64,000 bases of DNA from Vulcanimicrobiota bacterium. Lineage in GTDB: Bacteria; Vulcanimicrobiota; Xenobia; Xenobiales; JADMJV01. The notes below the pieces were generated by a model. The model was not told where the DNA came from, did no database searches, and saw nothing but the letters and a program-made list of their open reading frames with translations. This document shows, one piece after another, positions 29,041 through 39,836 of this stretch. The translations under genes were made by a program, and so were the position numbers. Location of the stretch: assembly GCA_050250895.1 (NCBI GenBank), contig JBFWNU010000006.1:443720-507719 (forward strand). The letters are read 5' to 3'. Every line of letters starts with the position of its first letter. The stretch's first letter is position 1.

Positions 29041-30233
29041 ACCCACTTCTGCTTGAGTTCATAGAAGGTGCCATCCTCGAGGCTGGCCCGGATCTTGCGC
29101 ATGACTTCGAGCAAGAAATGGATATTGTGGAGCGAGCAGAGCTGGCTGGCCAGAATCTCTTCGGCTTTGATGAGGTGGCGCAGGTAGGCGCAGCTGAAGT
29201 TGCGACAGGTGTAGCAACTGCAGGCCGGGTCGATAGGCGCGTCGAGTGTGCGAAAGCGAGCATTGCGCAGATTGAGCGTGCCGCGGCTGGTGATGCCAGC
29301 CGTGCCAGGGGTCACCATCACGTTGCCGGTGCGGGCGAAACGGGTGGGGATGACGCAGTCGAAGGTGTCGATCCCTCGCTCTACTCCCTCGAAAAGGTCC
29401 TCGACCTCGCCGATTCCCAGCAGGTGCCGCGGGCGGTCCTCAGGCAAGCCGGGCACGGTCCACTCGAGCACCTGGTGCATGTCTTGCTTGGTCTTTCCCA
29501 GCGAACCACCCACCGCAAAGCCGTCGAAGTCGAGGCTGGTGATGAACGCCGTGGACTTTTCGCGCAGGTCTTCCCAGGCGCCGCCCTGGACGATCCCATA
29601 CAAACCCTGGCCTGGCTTGCGAGGAGCTTCCAGCGAGCGTCGAGCCCAGCGGTGGGTTCGCTCGAGCGAGCGCTCGGTGTAGGCGCGGTCGGCCAGGGGA
29701 GAAGTGCACTCGTCAAAGGCGAGGATCATGTCCGCTCCCAGTTTGGCTTGAATGGCAATCGAACTCTCGGGTGTGAAGCGATGAACCGAGCCGTCGATGT
29801 AAGAGCGAAAGGTGACGCCATCATCATCGATCTTGGCCAGGGGCGGTCCGTCGGAGTCGGCTCGCGGCTTGCGCTCTCCGGGGAAGACCCCTCCGATCTT
29901 GCCCACCCCGTGCTCCCGCGCCGCTCCTAAGGAAAAAGCCTGAAAGCCGCCCGAGTCGGTCATGATGGGCCGGTTCCAACCCATGAACCGGTGCAGCCCA
30001 CCCAGCTCTTCGACCAATTCGCAGCCCGGGCGCAGATAGAGATGATAGGTGTTGGCCAGCAACCCCTGCACCTCGAGCTCGACCAGATCCCGAGGGCTGA
30101 GAGCCTTGACGGTAGCCTGGGTCCCCACCGGTAAAAATTCGGGCGTCTCGATGGAGCCGTGGGGTGTATCGATGCGTCCGCGCCGGGCCAGACGGCCGCA
30201 GCGGGCCAGGCTAGTGAAGTTCAGGGGCCGCAT
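29037..30233 (-). CDS. tgt: tRNA-guanine transglycosylase
   Basis: PVGTQATVK, NTYHL, TDSGGFQ, GIVQGG, FDCV, CSCYTC. Confidence 0.96.
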   Translation of the reverse strand: MRPLNFTSLARCGRLARRGRIDTPHGSIETPEFLPVGTQATVKALSPRDLVELEVQGLLANTYHLYLRPGCELVEELGGLHRFMGWNRPIMTDSGGFQAFSLGAAREHGVGKIGGVFPGERKPRADSDGPPLAKIDDDGVTFRSYIDGSVHRFTPESSIAIQAKLGADMILAFDECTSPLADRAYTERSLERTHRWARRSLEAPRKPGQGLYGIVQGGAWEDLREKSTAFITSLDFDGFAVGGSLGKTKQDMHQVLEWTVPGLPEDRPRHLLGIGEVEDLFEGVERGIDTFDCVIPTRFARTGNVMVTPGTAGITSRGTLNLRNARFRTLDAPIDPACSCYTCRNFSCAYLRHLIKAEEILASQLCSLHNIHFLLEVMRKIRASLEDGTFYELKQKWV

Positions 30234-30290
30234 GCTGGTGCGTTCCCCCGTTGTCGGAGGGATCCTGCGCGCCTATAGGAAGCATACAGG

Positions 30291-31553
30291 ATGCGGCGTT
30301 TGGCGATCTTGATGGCGATAGTCCTGGCCACTGCCTATACCAGCGCCGCTCCCGACAGCCGCAAACCGCTGGTTTTTCGCTACTACAACGATCCCACCAT
30401 GCGCATCAACCAGGTCCTATGCGAGCAGTGGGAAAGGCAGAATCCCGGCTATCGGGTGGTCCACGAAACCTTGCCGGCCATGGTCAACACCCAGCGCGAA
30501 AAGTACGTGACCGCCCTGGCATCGGGCGACGATTCGTTTGATTGCTTTGCCCTCGATATCATCTGGGCGGCCGAATTCGCCAACGCGGGCTGGATCTTGC
30601 CCATCGATTCCTATACCAGTCCCGAGCGCCTGGGCCAGTTCATTCCCAGCACCCTCGAGCCGCTCCACTGGAAAGGAAAGCTCTACGGCTTGCCCTGGTC
30701 GTGTAATGTGGGCACTTTTTTCTACCGCAGCGACCTGCTCGAAGCGGCCGGTCGCAAACCGCCCACCAACTGGGGCGAACTGGTGGCCACCGGTCAGGCC
30801 ATCCAGAACTCGGGCCAGGTCGAGACGGCCTTTGTCTTTCAGGCCGCCCGCTACGAAGGCCTGGTGTGCGATTTTCTGGAGTACCTGTGGGGTAACGGGG
30901 GCGATGTCTTTGACGCCAACGGCCAAATCGCTCTGCAGTCTCCTCAGGCCCTCGAGGCTTTGACCTTCATGAGCGACCTGATCCACCGCTACCAACTGGC
31001 ACCCGCCCCGGTCGTCTCCTATCAAGAGCCCGATTCTTACGTAGCCTTCTCCCAGGGCGACGCGCTTTTCCACCGCTCCTGGCCTTACGTCATTCAACTC
31101 AATTTCGGCGACTCCAAGCTTAAAGGCAAGATCGGCATGTCGCGGGTGCCCGGCCATCGCGGTCTCGGCCACGGCACGCTGGGTAACTGGAACCTGGTCA
31201 TCAACGCCCGCAGCCGGAACGCCGAGGCAGCCTATCGCCTCATCGACTTTCTGACTCAAGCCGAGGCGCAAAAGGTCTACACCCTCGAGAGCGGGCTCAA
31301 TCCCAGCCTGCGGGCCCTCTATTCCGATCCCGAGGTGGTTTCCAAACGGCCCCAACTTCCCAAGTTTCTCACCCTGATTGAAACCGGCAAGACGCGACCG
31401 ATCACCCCGCTCTATCCCAAAGTGTCCAAGATTCTGCAGGTCGAGATCCATCGCGCACTAACGCTCGAGACCACCCCTGAGAAAGCTCTCTCGGAAGCCA
31501 CCTGGAAGCTCGAGTCGCTGCGCAAGCGCTATCCCGGAGTGCCGCTGCAATGA
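30291..31553 (+). CDS. Sugar ABC transporter substrate-binding protein (trehalose/maltose-like)
   Basis: Signal peptide; DIIWAAEFA, YEGLVCDFLE, RSWPY, RPITPLY. Confidence 0.9.
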   Translation: MRRLAILMAIVLATAYTSAAPDSRKPLVFRYYNDPTMRINQVLCEQWERQNPGYRVVHETLPAMVNTQREKYVTALASGDDSFDCFALDIIWAAEFANAGWILPIDSYTSPERLGQFIPSTLEPLHWKGKLYGLPWSCNVGTFFYRSDLLEAAGRKPPTNWGELVATGQAIQNSGQVETAFVFQAARYEGLVCDFLEYLWGNGGDVFDANGQIALQSPQALEALTFMSDLIHRYQLAPAPVVSYQEPDSYVAFSQGDALFHRSWPYVIQLNFGDSKLKGKIGMSRVPGHRGLGHGTLGNWNLVINARSRNAEAAYRLIDFLTQAEAQKVYTLESGLNPSLRALYSDPEVVSKRPQLPKFLTLIETGKTRPITPLYPKVSKILQVEIHRALTLETTPEKALSEATWKLESLRKRYPGVPLQ

Positions 31554-32422
31554 TCCGTCAAGAGCGCCTGTCAGGATGGCTGTTCGTGGCCCCCACCCTG
31601 GTGCTGGTGTTGGTGCTGGCCATCGGCCCCATCGTTTACTCTCTGGGTTTGTCGTTTTTCATCCACGATCTCAGCCTGCCCCAACTGGGTAGCCCTTTCG
31701 TGGGCCTGGACAACTACCGCTACCTCTTGCGCGACTCTCGTTTCTGGTATGCGCTCTACAACACCATCTGGTTCACGATTACCTCGGTTGGCCTCGAGAC
31801 CGTTCTCGGCCTGTTGATCGCCTTGATGATCAATCAGGCCTTTTTCGGCCGCGGCCTGGTGCGAGCCACCATCCTCATTCCCTGGGCTGTTCCCACGGTA
31901 GTCGGAGCCCAGATGTGGCGCTGGATTTACAACGACAAGATTGGGGTCCTCAACGATATCTTGCGGCGGCTGGGTATCCTGTCCGAGCCGTTTCCCTGGA
32001 TCGCTTCCATCGATACGGCCGCCTGGGCGGTGGTGGGGGCCGATGTCTGGAAGACCACTCCGTTTATGGCCCTGTTGCTGTTGGCCGGCCTGCAGACCAT
32101 TCCCGATTCTCTCTATGAGGCGGCCGAGGTCGACGGAGCCGACACCTGGCAGCAGTTCTGGAGCATCACTCTGCCCAACCTGCGCCCGGTCATGCTGGTG
32201 GCTCTGCTGTTTCGCACCCTGGACGCCTTTCGTATCTTTGACCTGGTCTATGTGCTTACCGGCGGCGCCTTCTCGACCGAGACCTTATCGGTGCTGACCG
32301 CCGATGTCGCTTTCGGGTCGAGCGCCTATGGCCTGGGTTCAGCCTATGCCACCGTCACCTTCCTGTGCGTTCTCTTCATTTCGTGGGTCTTCATTCGTTG
32401 GTTGGGAACCGAAGCCACATGA
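31550..32422 (+). CDS. Sugar ABC transporter permease
   Basis: DVWKTTPF, LYEAAEVDGA EAA motif. Confidence 0.93.
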   Translation: MIRQERLSGWLFVAPTLVLVLVLAIGPIVYSLGLSFFIHDLSLPQLGSPFVGLDNYRYLLRDSRFWYALYNTIWFTITSVGLETVLGLLIALMINQAFFGRGLVRATILIPWAVPTVVGAQMWRWIYNDKIGVLNDILRRLGILSEPFPWIASIDTAAWAVVGADVWKTTPFMALLLLAGLQTIPDSLYEAAEVDGADTWQQFWSITLPNLRPVMLVALLFRTLDAFRIFDLVYVLTGGAFSTETLSVLTADVAFGSSAYGLGSAYATVTFLCVLFISWVFIRWLGTEAT

Positions 32423-33285
32423 AGAAAACAGCACTCATTACGGGCATCGTGGTCTTTGTGGTTCTGGTCGCCTTCCCGTTCTTCTGGCAGTTTCTCACCT
32501 CGCTGAAGTCGCCCGCCGAGGTGTGGGCGGCGCCCCCGGTCTGGCTGCCCACCGAGGGGTTCGAGCCCGCTCCCATCGAGTGGGGGGACGACACCTTCGT
32601 GGCTCCCCGTTTCGTCGAGAACTACACGGCCATCTTCGCCCATCATCCTTTCGGTCGCTACCTGCTCAACAGTGCCATCGTCGCGACCGTGACCACCCTG
32701 GTGTGCCTGCTGTTTGGCTGCATGGCCGGCTACGCTCTGGCCAAGTTGAACTTTCCGGGCAAGACAGCCATTTTGAGCCTGACCCTGACGGTCTCGATGT
32801 TTCCTCAGGTGGCCATCGCTCCGACCCTGTTCCTGGTCCTAAAAAACTTCGACCTGATCGACCGCTACGCCGGATTGGTCCTACCGTATACCACTTTCGC
32901 CATGCCGCTGGCGCTCTGGAACCTCACCACTTTCTTTCGCCAGATCCCCGATGAACTCAAGGAATCGGCCATCGTCGACGGAGCCACCCCCTGGAAGACC
33001 TTCTGGCAGATCTTCCTGCCCCTGGCCACCCCGGGCATCTTCACCACCGGCATCCTCACTTTCATCGCCGCCTGGAACGAATTTCTCTTCGCCCTCTACT
33101 TCACCAACTCCGAGGCCATGCGCACCGTGCCTGTCGGCATCGCTCTTTTTCCCGGTCAATACGAGGCTCCGTGGGGCCAGATCGCGGCGGCCAGCGTGGT
33201 CGTCACTCTGCCTCTCATCGTGTTGGTGCTGCTGGCTCAAAAGCGCCTGGTCTCGGGCCTTACCGCTGGCGCCGTGAAGGGGTAA
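32419..33285 (+). CDS. Sugar ABC transporter permease
   Basis: ESAIVDGA, AWNEFLFA, GLTAGAVKG. Confidence 0.93.
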   Translation: MKKTALITGIVVFVVLVAFPFFWQFLTSLKSPAEVWAAPPVWLPTEGFEPAPIEWGDDTFVAPRFVENYTAIFAHHPFGRYLLNSAIVATVTTLVCLLFGCMAGYALAKLNFPGKTAILSLTLTVSMFPQVAIAPTLFLVLKNFDLIDRYAGLVLPYTTFAMPLALWNLTTFFRQIPDELKESAIVDGATPWKTFWQIFLPLATPGIFTTGILTFIAAWNEFLFALYFTNSEAMRTVPVGIALFPGQYEAPWGQIAAASVVVTLPLIVLVLLAQKRLVSGLTAGAVKG

Positions 33286-33310
33286 CCGGCCACTGCGCGA
33301 ACGGCCCGCG

Positions 33311-34585
33311 ATGCTCTGGCAACAAACATTGCAACGACTGGGCATCGGGGCCCGCTGGGTCGAACTGGCCGAGGAGGGCGAACGGGCCACCGCCGCTCGT
33401 CGTGAAGAGATCCGTCGCCAGGGAACCGTCCGGGGCTGGCGAGTGCTCGAGGCCTTGCAGGCTGCCGGCCTCGGCGAGGGACACTTTGCCAACACCACCG
33501 GTTATGGCTATGGCGACGGCGGCCGCGAGCTGCTCGATGAGGTGACGGCTGCCATCCTGGGCACCGAAGCAGCCTGTCTGCGGCTGCAGATCGTGAGTGG
33601 TACGCACGCCATCGCCGCCGGGTTGTTTGGCAACTTGAACCCGGGTGACGAACTGGTCAGCCTGACGGGCCCCCCCTATGACACCTTGATGCCGGTCATC
33701 GGGCCTGGAGCTTGCTCTCTAGCCGAGATGGGGGTCAGCTATCGCCAGCTCGAGCTGGATGGAAACGGTCGCATCGACTTCGACAAAATCCAGGATTTTC
33801 TCCGCCCGACGACCCGGATGGTTTTTCTGCAACGCTCGCGGGGCTACACCTGGCGCCCTTCTCACAGCGTGGCCGAACTGGAGAAAGCGATGACCCTGGC
33901 GCGCCGCGCGTGTCCCGAGGCTCTGATGATGGTCGACAACTGCTATGGCGAACTGGTCGAGCCCGACGAACCCTCAGCCGATCTGTTGGCCGGTTCTTTG
34001 ATCAAGAACCTGGGTGGGGGAGTGGTGCCCACCGGCGGCTATATCGCGGGGAGGCGCGCGGCGGTCGAGCGAGCCGCCAATCGTGTCACCGCTCCCGGGA
34101 TCGGCGGCGAACAGGGTCCCACTCTGGGCTTTGCTAGAAACCTCGCCCAGGGCCTGTTTCTAGCCCCGGGAGTCGTGGCCGCTGCCCTGGAAGGAGCGGT
34201 GTGGGCGGCCTGGATGTTCGAGCAGGCCGGCCTGGAAGCTTCGCCCGGCTGGAAAGAGCCCCGCACCGACTTGATCCAGGCAGTGCGACTGGGCAGCCCC
34301 GAGGCTCAGAAGGCTTTCTGTCGTGGCGTGCAGCGGGCAGGTCCGGTCGATCACAAAGCCACTCCGCAGCCGGTGGTGAATCCCGGCTATCGCGATCCCA
34401 TCCTCATGGCTGGAGGCACATTTATTCAGGGTTCATCGATCGAACTTTCTGCCGATGGTCCCCTGCGCGAACCCTACGCCTGTTATCTTCAGGGGGGACT
34501 CAACTTTGGCCACGTGCAGTTGGGGGCACTGCGCGCCCTGAGCGAACTCGAGACGGCAGGTTTCCTCCCTCGGGAAGGTCGCTAA
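33311..34585 (+). CDS. Methionine gamma-lyase-like PLP enzyme (YnbB/aluminium-resistance family)
   Basis: TTGYGYGDGGR, VSGTHAI, QRSRGY, VDNCYGE, GSLIKNLGG, GSSIELSADGP. Confidence 0.92.
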   Translation: MLWQQTLQRLGIGARWVELAEEGERATAARREEIRRQGTVRGWRVLEALQAAGLGEGHFANTTGYGYGDGGRELLDEVTAAILGTEAACLRLQIVSGTHAIAAGLFGNLNPGDELVSLTGPPYDTLMPVIGPGACSLAEMGVSYRQLELDGNGRIDFDKIQDFLRPTTRMVFLQRSRGYTWRPSHSVAELEKAMTLARRACPEALMMVDNCYGELVEPDEPSADLLAGSLIKNLGGGVVPTGGYIAGRRAAVERAANRVTAPGIGGEQGPTLGFARNLAQGLFLAPGVVAAALEGAVWAAWMFEQAGLEASPGWKEPRTDLIQAVRLGSPEAQKAFCRGVQRAGPVDHKATPQPVVNPGYRDPILMAGGTFIQGSSIELSADGPLREPYACYLQGGLNFGHVQLGALRALSELETAGFLPREGR

Positions 34586-34699
34586 CGGTTCTTGAAGAAA
34601 ATTCACAAAGGGTCGGCTGTGGGCTTGACCCAGGGGTAAGGCGGGGGCTAAAGGATTGCGATCGTGCGACCCGAAAGCCCACCATGTGGAGGTTTGGCC

Positions 34700-35521
34700 A
34701 TGCGAGTAGGAGTTTTTGACTCCGGAGTAGGCGGTTTGACGGTAGCGGCGCGGCTCTTTAAAGAGTTGCCCGAGCTGTCCATTCACTACTTCGGCGACAC
34801 GGCTCATGTTCCTTATGGCAGCCGCAGCGCCGAAGACGTGACTTATCTGGTCTGTCAGATTGCCAACTACCTCTACCAATCGGGCTCCGATGCCCTGGTG
34901 CTGGCCTGCAATACCTCGTCGGCGGTGGCCATCGAGGCCATTCGGGCCGAATGTCCGGTCCCGGTAGTGGGCATCATCGAAGCGGCTTGCCGAGCCGCCA
35001 ACGAGGCCACCCAGAATGGCCGCATCGGGGTGCTTTCGAACGTCTTGACCGCCCGCAGCGGAGCCTATGACCGGACCGCTCAATTTCAGGCTCAGCGCCT
35101 GGGATTACCCATCCCCCAGGTGATCAGCGTCGGCTGTCCCAAACTGGTTCCGTTGATCGAAGCCGGTAAAATCAACGGGGCCGAGCCCACCGAAGCACTG
35201 GCCGAGTATCTTGCGCCTCTGCTTGAGGCCGGCGTCGACACCCTGGTGTTTGGCTGTACCCACTATCCTTTTTTGGCCCATCTCGTGCGCGAGATGGTGC
35301 CCGCCGAGGTGCGCTTGATCGACCCGGGAGCGTTCGTGGCTCGCGAGCTCGAGGCGGTGGGGGTGACCCGGCGACTGGGCGAGGGGCCGCCGGAGCACCG
35401 CTTTGAGGTCAGTGGTTCGGCCTCTGATTTCGAGGCCAACGGCTCACGCCTGATGGGCCATCGCCTGGCCGGCGTGCGCACCGTCAAGCTGCTGTCGTCT
35501 CCTCAATCGGCCGCCAGTTAA
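34700..35521 (+). CDS. murI: Glutamate racemase
   Basis: FDSGVGGLTV, PYG, ACNTS, GCTHYP. Confidence 0.95.
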   Translation: MRVGVFDSGVGGLTVAARLFKELPELSIHYFGDTAHVPYGSRSAEDVTYLVCQIANYLYQSGSDALVLACNTSSAVAIEAIRAECPVPVVGIIEAACRAANEATQNGRIGVLSNVLTARSGAYDRTAQFQAQRLGLPIPQVISVGCPKLVPLIEAGKINGAEPTEALAEYLAPLLEAGVDTLVFGCTHYPFLAHLVREMVPAEVRLIDPGAFVARELEAVGVTRRLGEGPPEHRFEVSGSASDFEANGSRLMGHRLAGVRTVKLLSSPQSAAS

Positions 35522-36705
35522 CGGGTCAACTGGGCGATGAGAGGCTGCAGCTCGCGAGCCCGTCGAGAGCCCTCCAGCACCGTTTCCAATCCCAGATCGA
35601 GGGCATGGAAGTCGTTGGTCTCGAGAGCCGACACGATCTTCTCGAGCCCCGCTTGACAGCTAGAAACCACCTGCTCGGCCTGACCCTGGACCGATTGCAC
35701 CTGACCGGCCACTTCCGGGGGCACCTCGAGTTCTGCCAGGCGGGTCACCACCCGACCGAACCGGTTGACCCGGTCGCGCAAGGTTTCAACCACGCGTCCG
35801 AGTTCCTCGGGCTGACCTCCGGTGCGAAAGGTCTCGACCTCGTCCACCAGCCTTCGCAAAGCCTCGGGCAACTCTCCGTGGCTGGCCTCCAACCCCTGTT
35901 CTCCCAGGCGCACATCCAGGGTGGCGTCGACCACTTCGGGGGCGGCCTGGGGTAACAAAGCGTGGCATTGGCTGCAACTTTTGGCCAGGGGCTGTTCGAG
36001 ACCGCACTGGACGCAGCGCAACCTGGCCTGGGGAGGCGATTCAAGAAAGCGGTAGAGTTCGACCATCAGGTGGCTGCCTTCTTCCAACTCTGCCAAACCC
36101 TGCTGTAGCTCCTCTTCGTTCTGTTGGGCAAGAAAAAGTTCGATTTTGGAGAGGCCGTCGTCCATGACGGCCAGGGCCTCCTGGAATTCGCCCTGCCGGT
36201 CGGCCAGTTCCGGAATTCCCTGGTTCTGTTCCACCCTCAGCCGAAACTCTTCAAAGAGCTCGCGAAACCCGGCTAATCGCTCGGCCAGAGCCTCGGGAGG
36301 AAGATGGCCCTCGAGCACAGCGTAAGCAACTCGGATCAGCTCGTGGATAAAAGGAGAATCCGAGAACTTTTCTTGCTGTTCTTCCCATCTGCGCAGCTGA
36401 CCGAAGGCCTCGAGCAATCGGTGGACCGTCTGTTTGAGGGCCTCGAGTAGCTCACGGTCGGCCTCGGATTCCTCTTGAGGTAGTTGGGAGAACAACAGGG
36501 CGAAGGCATCTTCGGCGGTCTGTCCCAGAGGCTGCAGCTCGCTGATGTAGCTGCGAAACTGAAACTCATAGAAGAAGCGGTCCTGAAGCTGCGTCAACTC
36601 GGCCTGCATCCGTTCGGACTGTTGATACAGGTCACTAAAAAGCAGATGGCCCTCGAGATACTTCTCGAAGGCCTTCTCGAACGGGTCGAAGGGCTCTAAC
36701 GTCAA
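35518..36705 (-). CDS. Acidic helical protein with internal zinc ribbon
   Basis: CVQC-x9-CSQC; coupled to the upstream SLT gene. Confidence 0.75.
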   Translation of the reverse strand: MTLEPFDPFEKAFEKYLEGHLLFSDLYQQSERMQAELTQLQDRFFYEFQFRSYISELQPLGQTAEDAFALLFSQLPQEESEADRELLEALKQTVHRLLEAFGQLRRWEEQQEKFSDSPFIHELIRVAYAVLEGHLPPEALAERLAGFRELFEEFRLRVEQNQGIPELADRQGEFQEALAVMDDGLSKIELFLAQQNEEELQQGLAELEEGSHLMVELYRFLESPPQARLRCVQCGLEQPLAKSCSQCHALLPQAAPEVVDATLDVRLGEQGLEASHGELPEALRRLVDEVETFRTGGQPEELGRVVETLRDRVNRFGRVVTRLAELEVPPEVAGQVQSVQGQAEQVVSSCQAGLEKIVSALETNDFHALDLGLETVLEGSRRARELQPLIAQLTR

Positions 36706-37442
36706 GCGTAGGCCGTCGCGCCCTGGTAGCGGGCGTAGTTAGCGGTGATATTGCGAACGTAGTTCTGGGTTTCACGGAAGGGGGGGACCCCGCCGTATTT
36801 GTTGACGTTGCCGGGGCCGGCGTTGTAGGCGGCCAGGGCCAACCGAACGTTACCGTTATAGCGGCGCAACATCTGCGAAAGATACTTGGTGCCGGCCATG
36901 ATGTTTTGCTGAGGATCCATGACGTTGTTGCAACCAAGACTGCGAGCGGTAGCCGGCATCAGCTGCATCAGGCCGCCAGCCCCGGCACTCGAGGTCAGAC
37001 CGTTGCGGCCGCCCGATTCTTGCTGGATGACGGCTTTGATCAAAGCGGGATCGACATTGTAACGCTGGGCTGCCTGGTTGATGATGCCATCGTACTGAGT
37101 GGCCGGGCCCTGAGAGAACTGACCGCCGCCGGGAGGGCAGTAAGAGGGGGGAGAACCGCCAGGAGAGGGGTAGGAAGGGTAGGGACAACAACCCTGCGGA
37201 CTAAAGCCAAGACAGTTGCCCATGGAATTCATCGGCGAGAAGGGCATCATCGGGTATCCGCCCTGTCCGCCCCCCATCATCTGGCTCATCATCATCATCA
37301 GCTGCATCATGCTAAACAGCTGTGTCATTTGCATTCCGGGGTTCATACCGCAGCCCTGCATCGGCATGAACGGGCAACATCCAACTCCTGGCATCATATA
37401 GATAGACCGGTCCCTCTCTCTTTGTCTTTCGACCATGTTCAC
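36702..37442 (-). CDS. Lytic transglycosylase (SLT) with low-complexity N-terminus
   Basis: AVIQQESGG, GLMQLMP, AYNAGPG, PPFRETQNYV. Confidence 0.9.
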   Translation of the reverse strand: MNMVERQRERDRSIYMMPGVGCCPFMPMQGCGMNPGMQMTQLFSMMQLMMMMSQMMGGGQGGYPMMPFSPMNSMGNCLGFSPQGCCPYPSYPSPGGSPPSYCPPGGGQFSQGPATQYDGIINQAAQRYNVDPALIKAVIQQESGGRNGLTSSAGAGGLMQLMPATARSLGCNNVMDPQQNIMAGTKYLSQMLRRYNGNVRLALAAYNAGPGNVNKYGGVPPFRETQNYVRNITANYARYQGATAYA

Positions 37443-37547
37443 GCATCTCTCCTGGCCCGTCTAGGGGCTGAGCAAGATTTTTCTGTTCAGAATTCTTTCA
37501 GAACCCTTTGTTAAACTCGAGGCGGTCAAGTTATAGGAGGGCCATCC

Positions 37548-38765
37548 ATGCGAATAACACCCATCGTTCAGCAAGCCTACACCGCACCCGGACGTGGTCC
37601 GGCAGCAACCCGTTCGGCCGAGGGGGCAGCCGACCAGGTCGCCCTGAGCAAGGCGGCCCCGAATCAAGCAGCGGCCACCGCTCTGACCCGCTTGATTGCC
37701 AGCAGCAACACTCAGAGCGCGAACGTCGAAGGTTTCAAAGTCCTGGATTCGATCGTCAAGACTTCTAGCAATCCAACCGAGCAAGCCTTCGCCAGAGCCG
37801 CCCACAGCGCGGTGGGCAAACGAGCCTGGCCCGAGACCATCAACAAGGTCGAACAGTTTGCTCTGGGCAAGATGGCTGACGGAGTGGCCGGAGCCACCGG
37901 TCAGGTCCTGGCCGATCTGGGCACGGCTGTGGCCGATAGCGCCAAGGAGCCGGGCGAAGTGCGCCGCATGGGTCGCGCCGTCATGGAAGAGGTAGCCAGG
38001 TCCAGTCAGAGTCCGACCGAAAAGGCTTACGCCTCGGCGGTGCTCAACGCCGTCTGTGAGCAGGGCTATATCGAAGATTCGAGCGCGGCGAACGTGCTCA
38101 AAGAGGCTTTCAGTGTCTTGTCGGCCGGCGCTCCCGCCGACAGCGACAAAGCCATCGCCGAGCTTGGCAAGAAATTGCCTCAACTGGCGGCCGACGAGGG
38201 CAACGCCTGCAAAATGGGCGCCAAGTTGTTCGACAGCATGAAAGAGTCGGGAGCCAACGTCAACGCCCAGCGGGGTTCCGAAATCTCTTCGAAGTATGCT
38301 CAGACTTCGCCCAAGCTGCTAAAGGACCAGCAGGATCTCTTCGGTCATGTGGTCGCCGGCACCGAGAGCAGCCTGGCTCGCCCGGCCTTCAAGTTCGAAG
38401 CTAGCCCCAACATGAACGCGGCCGCCACCTTCGTGGCTGCGGCCGGACTGCAAGCCGCTCTGGCTGCCGCCCCCATTCCCGGAGGTTTCGCCGGCTGGAT
38501 TGCCTCGGCGGTGGTTGGCGGGGTGGCCTTTGCCGGCATCAAAGGGATCTACAACGGCGTGCTGGCTCACAGCAAACAGATTAACGGAGAGCCCAGCCAG
38601 GGCTTCGGTCATGGCTTCAAGCTCGGCTTCAAGAGCAACCTCTGGCCTTCGATGATTCACGGCTCGATTCAGACGGCTGCCTACAGCTTGATGGGCCCGC
38701 CCTGGTCGTTCGTGGCTGGCCCGGCCGTCAGCGCCGCTCTCAACCGCTTCACCCCCATCGGCTAA
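37548..38765 (+). CDS. Hypothetical Ala-rich helical protein with C-terminal hydrophobic segments
   Basis: AGGAGG RBS; internal repeat (SSNPTEQAFA/SQSPTEKAYA); Gly/Ala-rich hydrophobic C-terminus. Confidence 0.75.
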   Translation: MRITPIVQQAYTAPGRGPAATRSAEGAADQVALSKAAPNQAAATALTRLIASSNTQSANVEGFKVLDSIVKTSSNPTEQAFARAAHSAVGKRAWPETINKVEQFALGKMADGVAGATGQVLADLGTAVADSAKEPGEVRRMGRAVMEEVARSSQSPTEKAYASAVLNAVCEQGYIEDSSAANVLKEAFSVLSAGAPADSDKAIAELGKKLPQLAADEGNACKMGAKLFDSMKESGANVNAQRGSEISSKYAQTSPKLLKDQQDLFGHVVAGTESSLARPAFKFEASPNMNAAATFVAAAGLQAALAAAPIPGGFAGWIASAVVGGVAFAGIKGIYNGVLAHSKQINGEPSQGFGHGFKLGFKSNLWPSMIHGSIQTAAYSLMGPPWSFVAGPAVSAALNRFTPIG

Positions 38766-38879
38766 GTCGGCCCAGCGCCCCCACGGAGTCGGCCCGGCGG
38801 CGCGGCGCGAAGCGCAGTTCGGGAAAATTTCAGGGCTGAAATCTATACTGAAGGTAAGCTCTGAAAGGAACGGTCATCT

Positions 38880-39836
38880 TTGGGACTCAGAACGGTCGAC
38901 ATCTACCACATCAACGATTTTCACCGTCGTCTGAATCCCTGTAGCGATGGAACGGGTGGAGCCGCTCGTCTGAGCACGGTGCTGCGTTCAGCCAAAGAGC
39001 AAAACCCCGAAGCCATCATCGCCAACGTTGGCGACGTGGCCGGCGATAACACCGTTCCCGGGCCTCACGCTTTCGATCCTTTGGCCGACCTGTTCGACCG
39101 TATGGGCGTCGACTATCTCGGCCTGGGCAATCACGAATTCGAAGACCCCACCGGCGGCTACCAGAGCCTGCGCGAAGGGCTGATTGCGCCCTTCGGTGGC
39201 AAAGTATTGTGCGCCAACGTCACCGAGATCGGCACGAGCAAGCCGCTACCGGGCACCGACGCCTACGCTATCCATCGGGTTGCCGGCCTCAATATCGCTT
39301 TCATCGGGGTGGTGACACGCTCGCTGGCCAGCGCCATGTTTCCCGCCGCCGGAGCCGGGCTGGCCGTGGCCCCGCTGGAAGATACCCTGCGAGAGCTGGT
39401 GCCCCAGGTGCGCGCCGAGGGCGCCGACGCAGTGGTGGTGCTGGGTCACGACGGCTTGAGGAAGATGAAGGATGTGGCCGCGTCGGTCGAGGGGATCGAC
39501 GTCATCCTGGCCGCTCACGATCATCGCACCACGGACCAACCCGAGTTCGTCGAGGCCCCCGATGGCCGCCTGACGGCCGTGGCTGAAGCGGGTGGTTACG
39601 GACGGTCGGTGGGACACATTCAATTACAGTTCAATGCAGACGGCAAACTGACGGGAGTGACCGGCGAAATGTTGCCGGTCACCCCAGACATCACCCCTGA
39701 CCAGCAGGTGATGGACATGTTGGCCGTCTACGAGCATCCAGAACGCGTCACCGAGGTTCCAACCAAGCAGTGGGTCACTCTAGAGGGTGGTTTCGCTGAG
39801 CTTGCGGAGCATTTTAAGGAAAGCCAGAAACCATGA
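38880..39836 (+). CDS. 5'-nucleotidase-type metallophosphoesterase (catalytic domain only)
   Basis: HINDFH, VGD, LGNHEF, LCANV, LGH, AAHDH. Confidence 0.88.
   Translation: MGLRTVDIYHINDFHRRLNPCSDGTGGAARLSTVLRSAKEQNPEAIIANVGDVAGDNTVPGPHAFDPLADLFDRMGVDYLGLGNHEFEDPTGGYQSLREGLIAPFGGKVLCANVTEIGTSKPLPGTDAYAIHRVAGLNIAFIGVVTRSLASAMFPAAGAGLAVAPLEDTLRELVPQVRAEGADAVVVLGHDGLRKMKDVAASVEGIDVILAAHDHRTTDQPEFVEAPDGRLTAVAEAGGYGRSVGHIQLQFNADGKLTGVTGEMLPVTPDITPDQQVMDMLAVYEHPERVTEVPTKQWVTLEGGFAELAEHFKESQKP

Noticed and set aside
30291-33285. ABC operon lacking an ATPase
   Set aside because: Common for CUT1 sugar transporters that share an MsmX/MalK-type ATPase.
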